Position numbers and translations under genes: made by a program. This document shows, piece after piece, positions 1 through 12,612 of a stretch of DNA of 64,000 nt (within the stretch, counting starts at the first letter, position 1; each line of letters opens with the position of its first letter). The notes under the pieces are model-generated. The model was not told the DNA's origin, did no database searches, and saw only the letters and a program-made list of their open reading frames with translations. Source of the stretch: Dictyostelium discoideum (lineage: Eukaryota); the NCBI GenBank assembly GCA_000004695.1, contig CM000151.3:1184001-1248000 (forward strand). Reading direction: 5' to 3'.

Positions 1-1141
<1,141 letters not shown>

Positions 1142-1556
1142 TATTATTTAATTTCTTTTATTGCTTAAAAAAAAAAAAAAAAAAATAAATAAATAAAAAA
1201 AAAATAAAAAAATAAAAAAATAAAAAATGATATTGTTGCAAAAATAAAATAAAAAACATATAAAAAAAAAAATAAAAAAAATAAAATATTTTGCAATAAA
1301 AATAAAATTAAAAAAAAAAAAAATAAAAAAAAAAAAATAAAAATAAAAATAAAAAAAAATAAAAAATGACATCAGTTACATGATGCTATTTCAGTTTTTG
1401 TTGTTTTTAATTAAAAAAAAAAAAAAAAAAAAAAAAAATTAGTTAGAGTTTATTCTTTAGTAGTTGCGAAAATATTTAATTTGTTGTTTGGATGAGCGGA
1501 TGGAGTGTTGGCATTTAAGTGGAATTTACAGGTGGACATATTGAAAGTTGTTATTA

Positions 1557-1557
<1 letters not shown>

Positions 1558-1651
<94 letters not shown>
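1558..1651. repeat. (TTA)n/(TAT)n microsatellite, intergenic
   Basis: A perfect trinucleotide run; it generates the spurious ORFs at 1505..1748. Confidence 0.9.
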
Positions 1652-1841
1652 TTATTGTCTGTCGTTGCTGTTTATGTTTTTATATTTTTTGGGATATAAT
1701 AATAAAAATAAAAGATTAAAATTAAATCTAATTATGGGAATAAAATAACAAATAAAAAAAATAAAATAAAAATAAACAAAATAAAAGAGGATAGAAAAGA
1801 AGAGAAAAAAAAAAGAACAACATTATCGATCTAGATACATA

Positions 1842-2198
1842 CTATCTTATAATTAACTCGATTAGGTTATTGATATTCCCGATACCAACTAAAGGTGAGG
1901 GGACTCCTTCAACCGGTGGGATTTGTAGCTCTATAATGTGTTGGAGGAATAGGCTAGCTTCATTGCACAAATTGATATGACGTTTCTTCATTGAAGGAGA
2001 TGGGCTAAGGAATGTAAATCCTTTGGTCAAATCTGTCAATGGGTTTGGTAAACGTTCCAAATTTTGGTAGGTCCATGGAATTCCAATGTATTCTTCTTGC
2101 ATTCGTTTTAGATCAGCTAGTTGATCTTCAGCTTCAGCTAGTTGATCTTCAGCTTCACTAGACTGCATTCTACAATTGTTACTTTTATTGTTAAACAA
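1842..2198 (-). CDS. Hypothetical 118-aa protein of unknown function
   Basis: This ORF has noticeably higher GC than its flanks, and the peptide is non-low-complexity (..AEAEDQLAEAEDQLADLKRMQEEYIGIPWTYQNLERLPNPLTDLTKGF..). I recognise no family, and it could be an exon of a larger unit. Confidence 0.3.
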   Translation of the reverse strand: MFNNKSNNCRMQSSEAEDQLAEAEDQLADLKRMQEEYIGIPWTYQNLERLPNPLTDLTKGFTFLSPSPSMKKRHINLCNEASLFLQHIIELQIPPVEGVPSPLVGIGNINNLIELIIR

Positions 2199-2245
2199 TT
2201 GTTTTGTATTTATCCAATAATAAATAAATTTATAAACTTATATTG

Positions 2246-2276
<31 letters not shown>

Positions 2277-3038
2277 ATATACACAATATTTTTATATTTA
2301 TATTATATATATATATATACAAATATACCGGCGTTAGTATACCTGTTTATATATAATATTTATAAAATAATAATAAAAAACTATAAATGGTGGCGGAAGT
2401 GGTGGTTCTATCGTTATTATATTAATATATAATATTTGTAGTAAAAAAAAAAAAACAAAAAAAAAAAATATATAAACAAAAAAAAAAAAAAAAAAAATTT
2501 ATTAAAAAAAAAATAAAAATAAAAATAAAAATAAAAATAAAATTGAAAATAAAAATAAATTAAATTTTTTTTTCACACTAACATCAAAAAAAAAAAAAAA
2601 TCTCAATTGCTTTGGTTCAAATCCATCAAAAAAAAAAAGATTATGTCATATTTTAAATATAAACAAAAAAAAATTTTAAAAAATAAATTGAATATTTTAT
2701 ACAATGTTTGAACTCAATTAAAAATAAAAATAAATATTAAAATAGATCTAAAAAAAAAAAAAAAAAAAAAAAAATAAAGAAAAATAAAAAAATTAAAAAT
2801 TTAAAAAAATTAAAAAAAAAATTGAAATATGTATATTTTCACCCAGTTTGGAATATTCACATTTTGGAGAAGAGATCCTTAAAGGAAATCTCTTTTAATT
2901 TAGCTTTTTTTGGTTTTTAAATTTATGAATAGAAAAAATTATTATTTTCTTTTTTTTTTTTTTTTTTTTTATAAAATACAAAACTCGGAGTTTATTAAAT
3001 CTTGATATAAATTAAAAAAAAAAAAAAAAAAAGAAAAT

Positions 3039-5145
3039 TTATTTTACATTTAAAATATATTCCTCCATATTAAGAAAGTTGATAGAACCCAAACCTGTAT
3101 AATTTTATGTATTATTTTGAAAAAAAAAAAAAAAATTAATAAAAAAGATTAAAAAAAAAAAAACAAAAAAAAGAAAAGGAAGACTTACCAGTAGCGGGGT
3201 CATAACCAACAGCAGCAGAGAAACCATATTGGCAACAATAGGCTCTATTACAATTTATATTACCAGTAACAATGTCATTAAATACATTTGGTTGTTCCTG
3301 AGCAGCTTGATATAGTAATGGATTTAAGAAACCTAATTGTGATTTTCCTGCTGATAGTAGTTTATCATTTATCAATGCAAAAATACCAGCAACTGTAGGT
3401 GTTGAGGCAGAAGTACCATCTACATTAATTAAACCACATGGACAACTATCAAGTGATGAATCATTTGCTGAATAACCAATAGAATATTTATGAGCCACCA
3501 ATGAGATATCAGGATATGCACGTTTAGTTGGATCAAATGAAAATGATGGCGGTAGATTTTCAGCAGTTTCAAGATATTTAGCAACTGCAACTACTTGGTA
3601 ATATGGTTGAGATTGGGTTACTGCAAAACCACCACCTGACGTTACAGCTGCACCAGTGGAAGATGAACATACTATTTCATCTGGTTGGTTAGTAATAATT
3701 TGAGTTGCACCAACTGATGTAACATATGGTGAACTTGTTGGATATTGTGGTGAAAATAGTGAACCTGCATTTTCATCAAAACTATATCCTATAATTTTAA
3801 TTCCAAGTTCATCATTACTTGTTGGTATTAAATTTTCACACGAACAACTTGAATATAGATGAGGATTTTGTGAAAAATCTTCCTCAATACTCAAATCACA
3901 TTGCCAATTAGTTTTAATAAATTCATTAACTGCATCAACAAAACTTTGATTACTAAATAAAATACCTGTATTTGCCCCAATACCCTATGTCAATTAAAAA
4001 TATTAATAAATTATTAAATTACTATTATTATAATAATTATTTAAAAAATTATAATTACATTTGGGAAAATTGCAAGTGAACCATTGGATTGAATTATAGT
4101 TATTGATGGGCATTGAGTTATTGTATGATTACAACCACCGAGCGGACAATAATGATTTAAACCATCAATTGGGCAATTGCCTGAAGTTGAATAAAAAGAA
4201 GTAGAACCATCATCACCACTACTAACGAATATTGTTGTACCACGTAAACCAATCTTTTGAAATTCAATATTTGATCTTTGGATATAAATTTGGGAGTCAA
4301 TACCAAGTGTTGGACAAAATGAAGTTGCTTGACACTGTTCTAATTCAGCCCAACTATAAGATATTGATGCAATCTTTGGTATTGGATTAAATAATTGAAT
4401 CGATGATGCCCAATCTAAAACCCATTCGCCATTACCAGATGAAAGGAATAATGTAGATATATTATTACCAATTGCTGTAATGTATTGAATATCTAAATCA
4501 CTCTCTGCCTGGCCACAATAGTTTAATCCAAAACAATTAGGTCCGGAATTGTTTACTCTAATACTTGATGAGTCAATATTATATTCTGAATCGAAATAAC
4601 CTAATGCGCCAGCGGAATAGAAATCATTAAAAGATGCAACTGAAATAGAATTATTTTCATTTTCACCAACTTGATTGAAAGGTATACCATAATAGGATTT
4701 AATAAATGATGGTGTAATTGTAACGAATGAATCCTTTACATCAATTCTTGATTTAAACATTGTTTCATAGAATTTATTATCTTCAATGAAATCCGATAAA
4801 CCTAATATAAAATCAATTTTATTTTTTAAATACTTTGGAATTGATGCTGATTCAACAATTCTAATTCTTTGATCTAAACTATTTCTTATTGATTGATAAT
4901 ATGCGAATTCCGTTTCAAATAAATTTGATGCTTTCATAACATTTATTCTTAATTGAATAAAATCTGAATGAACCATCATTTCTTCTTTACCAATATCATT
5001 ACTTTTTAACCAATTTACAACTGTTTTGACATCTTCATTACTTGGAGAAACTAATAAATTTATTTCTTCTAAACTCATAAATTTACCATATATTTTACTT
5101 TTTGGATTTGATACTTCCCAAAATTTATTTTCTAATAAATCGAGA

Positions 5146-5209
<64 letters not shown>

Positions 5210-5413
5210 TAAATAAAAATAAATAATAAATCAATTAATGAAATTTACCTGTTTTAGAAAAATTTTAAATTTTAATTCTTCATTTTCTGTTACAAATTCC
5301 TTTTGAATAAAATTTACTCTGTTTTCGACTCTAGATATTGTTAAACGTTTTGCGCTTATAATATAAACAATTAAAAAAAAAATAACAATTATTGGTTTTA
5401 TTTGAATTATCAT
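3039..5413 (-). CDS. Tripeptidyl-peptidase I / sedolisin-family serine peptidase (MEROPS S53), secreted, 4 exons, ~702 aa
   Basis: Exons on the minus strand are 5413..5249 (Met plus signal peptide MIIQIKPIIVIFFLIVYIISA; donor CAG|GTAAAT), 5150..4059 (acceptor aaaaag|AGA; donor AAT|GTAATT), 3984..3189 (acceptor acatag|GGT; donor ACTG|GTAAGT, phase 1) and 3094..3039 (acceptor tatacag|GT..; stop TAA). All junction phases are consistent. Exon 3 carries GTSASTPTVAGIFALINDKLLSAGKSQLGFLNPLLYQ, and the spliced C-terminus reads GYDPATG-LGSINF. Both match the human TPP1 active-site Ser motif GTSASTPVFGGILSLIN..LGFLNPRLYQ and its C-terminal GWDPVTGWGTPNF. YPTSSPYVTSVGAT matches TPP1 FPASSPYVTTVGGT. Confidence 0.85.
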
Positions 5414-5649
5414 TTTTTTTTTTTTTTCTATAAATTTATGTATGTCATGAAGATCTTTGTTTTTAGTTATAAAAAATAAAAAAATAATAAAATTTTAAAA
5501 AAAAAAAAAAAAGTAAGCAACCTGGTCAAAAAAAAAAAAAAAAAAAAAAAAAACCAAAATAAAAATATCTTTCAAATAAAAATAATTATCCTGGTTTTTT
5601 TAAAGTTTAAAATGAAATTTTAAGTAATTTATTTATTCAATAAAATTTT

Positions 5650-6482
5650 TTAATTTCCGAAATATCTTGATGGTCTTGGACATTCACGTGACCATCCTTT
5701 TTGACATAATGGAGTGACACCCCAACCAGTTTCAGCTTGGTTACAAACGCTTGGGAAGAAAGTATCAGTAATATTATCTAAGACACCACCAATAACAACG
5801 ATGTTGTGGTTGATACCATAACCTAATTTGAAGATTTCATTTGAGTCCATTGGTAATTGATTGAAACAACGTTCACAATACATGTTTGAAACGTATGAGG
5901 CAAAGATAACTTTTTGGAATTTAGTCCACATAATAGCAGCAGAGCACCTAAAAATTATTTTTTAAAATTATTAAATTAGTAAGATAAATAAATAAATAAA
6001 ATCATTAAAATAAAAAATATTTACATTGGACATGGTTCACCAGTAGTGTACAATGAATAGTCTTCCCAGGTGGCTTGTTGATACATAGTAGTACAATTCA
6101 TGATAGCTTTAACTTCACCATGATACATTCTTGAACCACCAACGTTAACACCAGTACAGGCAACAGTACCATTTTTGTGGACGATTGCAGCAGCAAATTT
6201 GGAGTTATTTTCAATGGCAATATCAATTGCAATTTGCATATATTTTGAATGGTAAGCTAATTCGGCGGCTGATAAATCTTTAGCATGAGTAATATCAGAC
6301 TAATGGAAAATTAAATAATTAATAATCAATTTTTATTTTATTTTATTTTTTTTTTTTTTGTCAAAATAAATACATACTGGAGCTACATCAAAGTATGGTG
6401 ATGATGGGCATTTTGAGTGATCAGCAAATACTGATGAGAATGAAAGGGTGACTAATAATAATACAAATAAAAATAATCTCAT
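5650..6482 (-). CDS. Secreted CDA-fold zinc deaminase of the GuaD/TadA guanine/nucleoside deaminase type, with a C-terminal Cys-rich extension; 3 exons, ~225 aa
   Basis: Exons on the minus strand are 6482..6378 (MRLFLFVLLLVTLSFSSVFA signal peptide; donor CCA|GTATGT), 6299..6025 (acceptor ccattag|TCT; donor CCAAT|GTAAAT, phase 2) and 5947..5650 (acceptor tttttag|G TGC). The splice restores PCPM|CSAAIMW. The zinc motifs H-G-E (MYHGEVKAIMNC) and PCPMC are present. LYTTGEPCPMCSAAIMWTKFQKVIFAS aligns with B. subtilis GuaD LYTSCEPCPMCLGAIYWARPKAVFYAA. Confidence 0.8.
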
Positions 6483-7465
6483 TTTATTTTTTTGTTTATG
6501 ATTTTAATGTTACAAATTTAATGTTGGTAATGAAAAAAATATAAAAAAAAACTTTCCTTTTTATACACTTTTTTTTTCTTTTTTTTTTTCTTTTTTTCAT
6601 ATTTTTTTAATTATTTTAACAAAAAAAAAAAAAAAAAAAAAAAAAAAGAAAATTATAATAAATAAATATCTTAAAAAAAAAAAAATCTTTATTGTCTATT
6701 TTTCCGACCATTAATAATATTTTTATTATTATATTACTTATTTTTTTATTGATTTATTTTTTATTTTTTTCTTTTTAATTTTCCTTTATTTTTTTTTATC
6801 TGTTCGTTTATTGGGGGAAATTATCACCAATCTCTTTTAAAAAAAAATAATTTGCGAACGAAATCAATTGATTCCAGTGTGTCTCTTTTCGAAATGATAA
6901 ATCTTTGCAACGAGATTAAAAATCAAACCGACCAATCATTTTCACAAAGAAAAACTTTTTTATCCGAATAATAAAGAAAACTATAAGATTTATTTCAGAT
7001 ATTTTTTAAAACAGTTTTTTTTTTTTTCTAAAATTTTTATTTTTTATTTTCATACTATCAGAAAAATTAAGAAATCTTTTTTTTGAAATTTTGGATGACA
7101 AAAAAAAAAAAATAAAATAAAAACAAAATAAAATAAATTTACCAAATGATTGTTTTCAAAAAAAAATTTAAAAAAAAAAAAAAAAAATCAGATATTAAAT
7201 TTCGTGCTTTTTCGAATATTAACCAATCAAACCTAACGAGTTCGCTCGTTTTTTTTTCTGAAATAAAAAAAAAAAAAAGAAACAAAATCGTTATTTGTCC
7301 ACGTTGTCTGAAATTTTAGTTTATGCTGTACAAGTTTGAGTAAATATATATATTTTTTTTTTTAATCATTTTTCTTGAATCATTCTTTTTTTTTTTAATC
7401 ATTTTTCTTGTATCATTCTTTTTTTTTTTCAAAGAAAAAGGTTCATCGTTCGATTATTATTTTTG

Positions 7466-7471
<6 letters not shown>

Positions 7472-7529
<58 letters not shown>

Positions 7530-7532
7530 GTT

Positions 7533-7563
<31 letters not shown>
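7472..7563. repeat. (TTA)n microsatellite, intergenic
   Basis: A perfect trinucleotide run; it generates the spurious ORF 7408..7602. Confidence 0.9.
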
Positions 7564-7982
7564 TTTGATAACGTGGTGAAGGATTTGAAGTTGTTCACTT
7601 AATCTAAAATTTCCAAAACTAAACTTTGATGCATTAGTATTTGTAATCGAGAATGGATTATATGTTGGTTTAGTTGAAAATAGACCTCTATTTATCTATA
7701 TTAACTAATTTATTTAATTTACAAATTTTTTTTTAAATGTTTATTTATCTATTTATTCAACATATTTTTTGTTAAATAATAAAATAAAAATAACCACTAA
7801 AATTGATTAATTAACCATTGTTTTTGAATTTTATCAATTGTATTTTTTTTATAACATCATTAATGCCATTAAACTCATGTTACTTTTTTAAAAGTATTTG
7901 CTCTTTTTTTTAAGGTTTTTTTATTAAAATTGGGAGATTTTGAAGAATTATCAGGAACATATAATCTATCATTTGGTGAACA

Positions 7983-9170
7983 ATGAAGGCACAAGATGAT
8001 GAAATAATGAATGAATATTCAATAGATGATTATGATGCAAATGAAAGTTCAGATACTGATGAATACATATATGATGGTTTAGAACTTGAAGATAAAATTA
8101 GAACATACAACATACAAGTAATAATTTTATTTAAAAGAAATCAAATATTTCAAGTAATTGAAAAATTTAATAAAGATTCAAAGAATTTATCAAAAAACAA
8201 ACAATGTTCAATTGATTATTAGATTTAGAAAAAGTTCAAACTGGTATTATTGAAAATGAACAAGGTGCAAATTTAATATTAGATTTATTAGTAAAACCAA
8301 TAGCAAGATATAAAGATAATTCATATACCATCTTGGTTTAATAAATCAATTAAAGAAATTGCACCAAATCAAGTTAAATATATCAAAAAGGAAAGATTAC
8401 AACATTTTAAATTATATCCATTAGAATTTATTAAAAATTTAAAAAGTGGTTCAGAATTTTTAAATCATTTTACAGAACAAGATATTATAGAATCAATTAA
8501 TAATTTAAAAGAAGAAGAACAAGAATCAATTGATAGTAGTGATAAAGTTGATAGTATATTATATATGATCATTATTTATTAACAGCACACAAGTTAAATC
8601 CAGATAAATGGGAAGATTTTGGAGTTGTAGCAAAGTTATTGGATATTCAAACTCTTGATATTCAAGTAAACGTTGCTAGTAGTTTAAATCCACTCTCAAG
8701 TAATCATTCAAATTATCACCACCAGCACCAAATTCAACATCAATTACAACATCAAATAACCAGTATCACAATCGAAACAATTGCAGCTCATGAATCAATT
8801 CTTGATACTCTTCAAATCCAGTCAGTAAATGGTATCTCTGAAAAAGAAAATGAGACAAAATCTCAACAAGCCACCCTAGAGAATGAAATTACGCTCTAAA
8901 GTTGATTGATGCAACCCATTGTTATCACAGATGGTAGTAACAGAAGCACAAGCAACAATACCACCACTATAATCAGAATCCTTATAGTAGTCAATCACCA
9001 CTTCTACAGCCAATTATCGTGGAGCAATGAGACTTATAATATCAATTCAAAAGGATTTATACTTTGTAAAATAATAATAATAGTAGACAACAACAATAAC
9101 AACAACAACAACAGCAGCAACAACCATTCAACAAGTTTATCAAGTTTAAATTCTGTTGATGTGTTGTAGC
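7983..9170 (+). pseudogene. Fragmented coding-like region, either a degenerate gene or a gene whose intron structure I cannot resolve
   Basis: Several non-low-complexity peptide segments lie in three different plus frames, separated by stops: MKAQDDEIMNEYSIDDYDANESSDTDEYIYDGLELEDK.. (7983..8222), LLDLEKVQTGIIENEQGANLILDLLVKPIARYKDNSYTILV (8226..), ..IKEIAPNQVKYIKKERLQHFKLYPLEFIKNLKSGSEFLNHFTEQDIIESINNLKEEEQ.., and ..NPDKWEDFGVVAKLLDIQTLDIQ.. (8639..8899). The frame changes do not coincide with credible GT..AG introns of 60 nt or more. Confidence 0.25.
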
Positions 9171-9193
9171 GAATTTTTTCACCCACTGTATAA

Positions 9194-9224
<31 letters not shown>

Positions 9225-9465
9225 AAAAATATAAATAAAATATAATAATAAAAAAAAAAATAGTGCTAATAAAAAAAAAAAAAAAAAAAAAAATAATGAT
9301 AATAATAACAATTATAATTAATATAATGAATAATAAAAAAAAAAAAAAATAATAATAATAATAACAAATAATAATAATAATAAATAATAAAAAGAAAAAA
9401 AATTTGCATAATTCAATATAAAGCAAATTAAATTAAGTTTTGTTTATTTTAATTTTTTAATATTT

Positions 9466-10641
9466 TTATTTTGGTAGAGAACCTTCTAAAGCTAATAAAG
9501 AAAGGGGATGAATTGGTTTGTTTTTATCAACATAATTGAACCAAATTGTTGGTTCTTTACCACGTAAATTGAATGACGTTAATTGATCTAGTGGCACATA
9601 AATAGCGCCCATACTTTCATAATTTGGAATGAGACGAGGTGGTTGATTTTCATCGATTGGTTCAGCATAAAAAATGACACGCATTCGTGAGTAATTAACC
9701 ATTGGACTAAATTCCACTCTGAGTATACCTTTTAATTCAATGTCAATACCAGTTTCTTCTTTTGTTTCTCTGATAGCACATTGTTGTAAAGCTTCATTAA
9801 CATTTAATTTTCCACCAGGTAACCAATACCCACGACCTGCAGCTTCATTGACTAATAAATAAGTATTATTTGATCTTTTTCTAACTACAACCAAACAAAA
9901 TGCATATATTTTTGAGAGTGATAATTGCTTTTCAGTTGGTGCACCTTTTTCACCATGAGATTCATGTAAATGAACACCCATTCTTTCCATTGGTCTAATA
10001 TTACAAATTGGACATAACGGTATTGAATTTTCAATATCATTTAATGAACAATTACAATGAAATATGAAAATATGTTCCCTAAGATGATCTTGGGATAAAT
10101 TTGTTGCAAATCCACTCTTATGACAAATTGTACATTTAAAATCACCAGATTTATCAATTGATGTAGTTTCAACGATTTTCAATGACTCTATAACATCATT
10201 GATTTTATTTGTAACTAATGAACTACCATTTTTAAATAATTTACATAGAAACATTGGGAATAATTTATCATTAATTTCATCTCTTCTTTTAGATTCCATT
10301 GAAATAGTTGAGTCGTCAATATCAATAAAAGTAACAATGAATGAATTCATTTTTCTCTTTTCTCTATATTCCACAATTGTTTTAGTTTTATTATCTATGA
10401 ACTCCATAATAGAACTCTCATTTGAACTTACTTGTTTATCTATTAAAATATGAATTAAAATTGCAACAATTGGATAATCACTTTTATATTCATTTAATAT
10501 TTTATTAGTTTCATTTTCATCACTACTCTTTATTATCTCTTTAAATTTTCCTTGTTTTAAAAAATTATTTAAAAAATTATCTTTTTGATCTTTTGAACTT
10601 TCTTTATTTGAAAAAAATATTGATTCAATTAATAATGACAT
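9466..10641 (-). CDS. Nudix hydrolase-domain protein with an N-terminal Di19/KCMF1-type C2H2 zinc-finger pair; single exon, 391 aa
   Basis: A Nudix box GGKLNVNEALQQCAIRETKEETGI (G-x5-E-x7-REUxEExGU) lies in the C-terminal half. The zinc-finger pair is CTICHKSGF..HLREHIFIFH followed by CPICNIRPMERMGVHLHESHG, which fits the zf-Di19 C-x2-C..H-x3-H pattern. A real ATG is at 10641. Confidence 0.85.
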   Translation of the reverse strand: MSLLIESIFFSNKESSKDQKDNFLNNFLKQGKFKEIIKSSDENETNKILNEYKSDYPIVAILIHILIDKQVSSNESSIMEFIDNKTKTIVEYREKRKMNSFIVTFIDIDDSTISMESKRRDEINDKLFPMFLCKLFKNGSSLVTNKINDVIESLKIVETTSIDKSGDFKCTICHKSGFATNLSQDHLREHIFIFHCNCSLNDIENSIPLCPICNIRPMERMGVHLHESHGEKGAPTEKQLSLSKIYAFCLVVVRKRSNNTYLLVNEAAGRGYWLPGGKLNVNEALQQCAIRETKEETGIDIELKGILRVEFSPMVNYSRMRVIFYAEPIDENQPPRLIPNYESMGAIYVPLDQLTSFNLRGKEPTIWFNYVDKNKPIHPLSLLALEGSLPK

Positions 10642-11224
10642 TATATTATTTATTATTATTATATGTTGGGCTGTAACTAAATTTTTTTAAAAAAAAAAAA
10701 AATAAAAAAAACAAAATAAAAAAAAAAAAAAAAAAAGGGTGAGAAAAAATAAAGAAAAAATTAAATTAAAAAATTAAATTAAAAAAAAAGATATTTTCAA
10801 ATAATTTTTTAGAACTGAGGAGTATTAGTATACATTCTTTTTCTTTGAACATAATCCTATAGGCACCTGTAACAAAATCAAAACATTGTTTATACTTTTC
10901 ATAAGGTAATGACCAAATTATACCTTGATCTATATTTCTACGAACATCAGCAAAGTCACAAATATGAATTCCGTGTCACTATAATAACTTCCATACATTG
11001 CTTTTGGTATTAACTCCCATGCAACTCTATCTGGACCTTTTATTGAACGGTCAAATTGTACGATCATATGTTTTAACATCAGAGTATAAAAACAGTGAAT
11101 TTTACCACTCTGGTAATGGAGGATAAGTTTTACAAAGCTTTGGCCAGTCATCACATAAATAATCATTTTCGTATGAAAATCACAAAATAAATAAATTGTT
11201 AGGAAATACCTCAATTGAATTCTA

Positions 11225-11730
11225 GTTTTGTTGAAAAAGTCATTTCATCTGATAATGTTTCATTTATTAATGATTTATGCAAAACAATTAAAATCAATTC
11301 AAATGACGATCACAAAGAAGTGCAGTGTTTATAAAACAATTAAATAATTTTAAAGAATATTAAAAAAAGGATCATTTTTTTAAATAAAATAAATATAATA
11401 AAGTTTTTGTAAAAAAAAATTTTTAATTATTATTATTTATTTTTTTAAAAATTATTTAATTTTATTTATCATGGTTAATTTGCTTTAACTCTTATGCTTT
11501 AATTTCTTTTGTTAATTTTGAAGCCCACGGACACCAGAAGTAACTATTGAATCATTTATTTATTTTATTTTTAAAAAAAAATATGTTAAATTGTATTTTT
11601 TAATTTTCAAATTTTTATTTAATTGAATACATACCCTGGGAGGAAAGCTATTATTTATTGTTTTATAAATAATAAAAATAGTCATAATAAAAATAATAAT
11701 AATAATAATAATTATAATAATAATAATAAT

Positions 11731-11776
<46 letters not shown>

Positions 11777-11790
11777 GTGGAATTCATTCC
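11225..11790. repeat. Copy A of a ~560-bp dispersed/segmental repeat. Its left end holds a degenerate protein-kinase-like fragment and its right end runs into (AAT)n.
   Basis: It is collinear with 13621..14250. The conserved core reads ..atcatggttaatttgctttaactc..gttaattttgaagcccacggacaccagaagtaactattgaat...tacataccctgggaggaaagctattatttattgtttta, then (AAT)n from 11689 to 11776. Confidence 0.7.
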
Positions 11791-12033
11791 CCATCTATTT
11801 AATGATATTCACCCAAGATTAATTTTTTTTTTTTTAATTAATTATTAAAAAATTAATTTCATTGGCCCCACAAACCAAGATTTCATTTTTTTTTGAAATT
11901 ACATTTTATTAAGCTATAATTAAAATTTCAAACATAATTTATATTTTTTTTTTTTTTTTTTTTTTTTATTCTTCATAAAACAAACTACATTCTTATTAAT
12001 TTACTATACAAATTAATTTCAAATTTAAAAATA

Positions 12034-12612
12034 TGAAATTATTATATTTTATAGTGTTTTTATTAATTGCTTTAAAACTTTGTTTTTCAGAGTATTGCGG
12101 GGAGACTTATCGCAATACTCTGCCCAACAAAGTTTTAAAGCAATTATTAGAAAATAGAAATTGTTATTCATTTATAGGTTGTAGAAATTAAACATGTTTA
12201 TATGAAACAATAGATTTGGAAGATGAAGTTGATTGTACAGTCATGTATCGACTGTTTTGATAGATATGGTGTTAAAAATACTCCAAATGATTCATTATGC
12301 ACCATGTGATATGTTTCTATGTGATACTCAAATTGGTTGTGTTGCTATACCAAAAGCAAATTGTCCAGAACCAAACCAATGTTAAATTCCATTAGTCTGT
12401 AATAGAGAAACTGATATTTGCGAATACGATGAAATTGATTGTGATGATGATAATGAATGTACCAATGACTATTGTGACCCAATAATAGGAGAATGTGTCC
12501 ACTTTTCCAATGATACCATTTGTTCAACTAAAGCAAGTAACTTCTCTAGTTGTTTCCATAGTGGAATATGTGGTGAGTTTGGCTGTAAATTTATAGAAGA
12601 CAGTTGTTAATG
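12034..12612 (+). pseudogene. Degenerate fragment of a Dictyostelium extracellular Cys-rich 'CTDC' repeat protein (Pfam Dicty_CTDC-like)
   Basis: An N-terminal signal-peptide-like MKLLYFIVFLLIALKLCFS is followed by ..EYDEIDCDDDNECTNDYCDPIIGECVHFSNDTICSTKASNFSSCFHSGICGEFGCKFIEDSC (12425..12610), which has the C-x-D-x-N-x-C-T-x-D-x-C signature. The pieces are interrupted by multiple stops and frameshifts, and no intron model rescues them. Confidence 0.35.

Noticed and set aside
1505-1748. Three overlapping plus ORFs (poly-I, poly-Y, poly-L) at 1505..1748
   Set aside because: They are artefacts of a (TTA)n repeat in intergenic DNA. The same applies to 7408..7602, 9034..9426, 11560..11787, 62003..62188 and 62267..62506.
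2596-2625. tRNA-like T-arm motif ggttcaaatcc (..atctcaattgctttggttcaaatccatc)
   Set aside because: Only the T-loop-like consensus is present. Upstream is poly-A with no acceptor, D or anticodon arms, so this is not a tRNA gene. The 11-mer atctcaattgc also occurs inverted at 31905, but I could not build a case for function.
3136-3894. The ORF-track 'M' at 3894, and likewise at 28267, 43644 and 34187
   Set aside because: The underlying codons are TTG, TTG, TTG and GTG. The track evidently allows alternative starts. In each case the frame is open further upstream to a splice acceptor, so these are not initiation sites.
12345-12527. Minus-strand ORF 12345..12527 (His-rich MNKWYHWKSGH..)
   Set aside because: It is antisense to the Cys-rich CTDC-repeat pseudogene fragment. 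Its composition is a mirror artefact of Cys/Asp codons.
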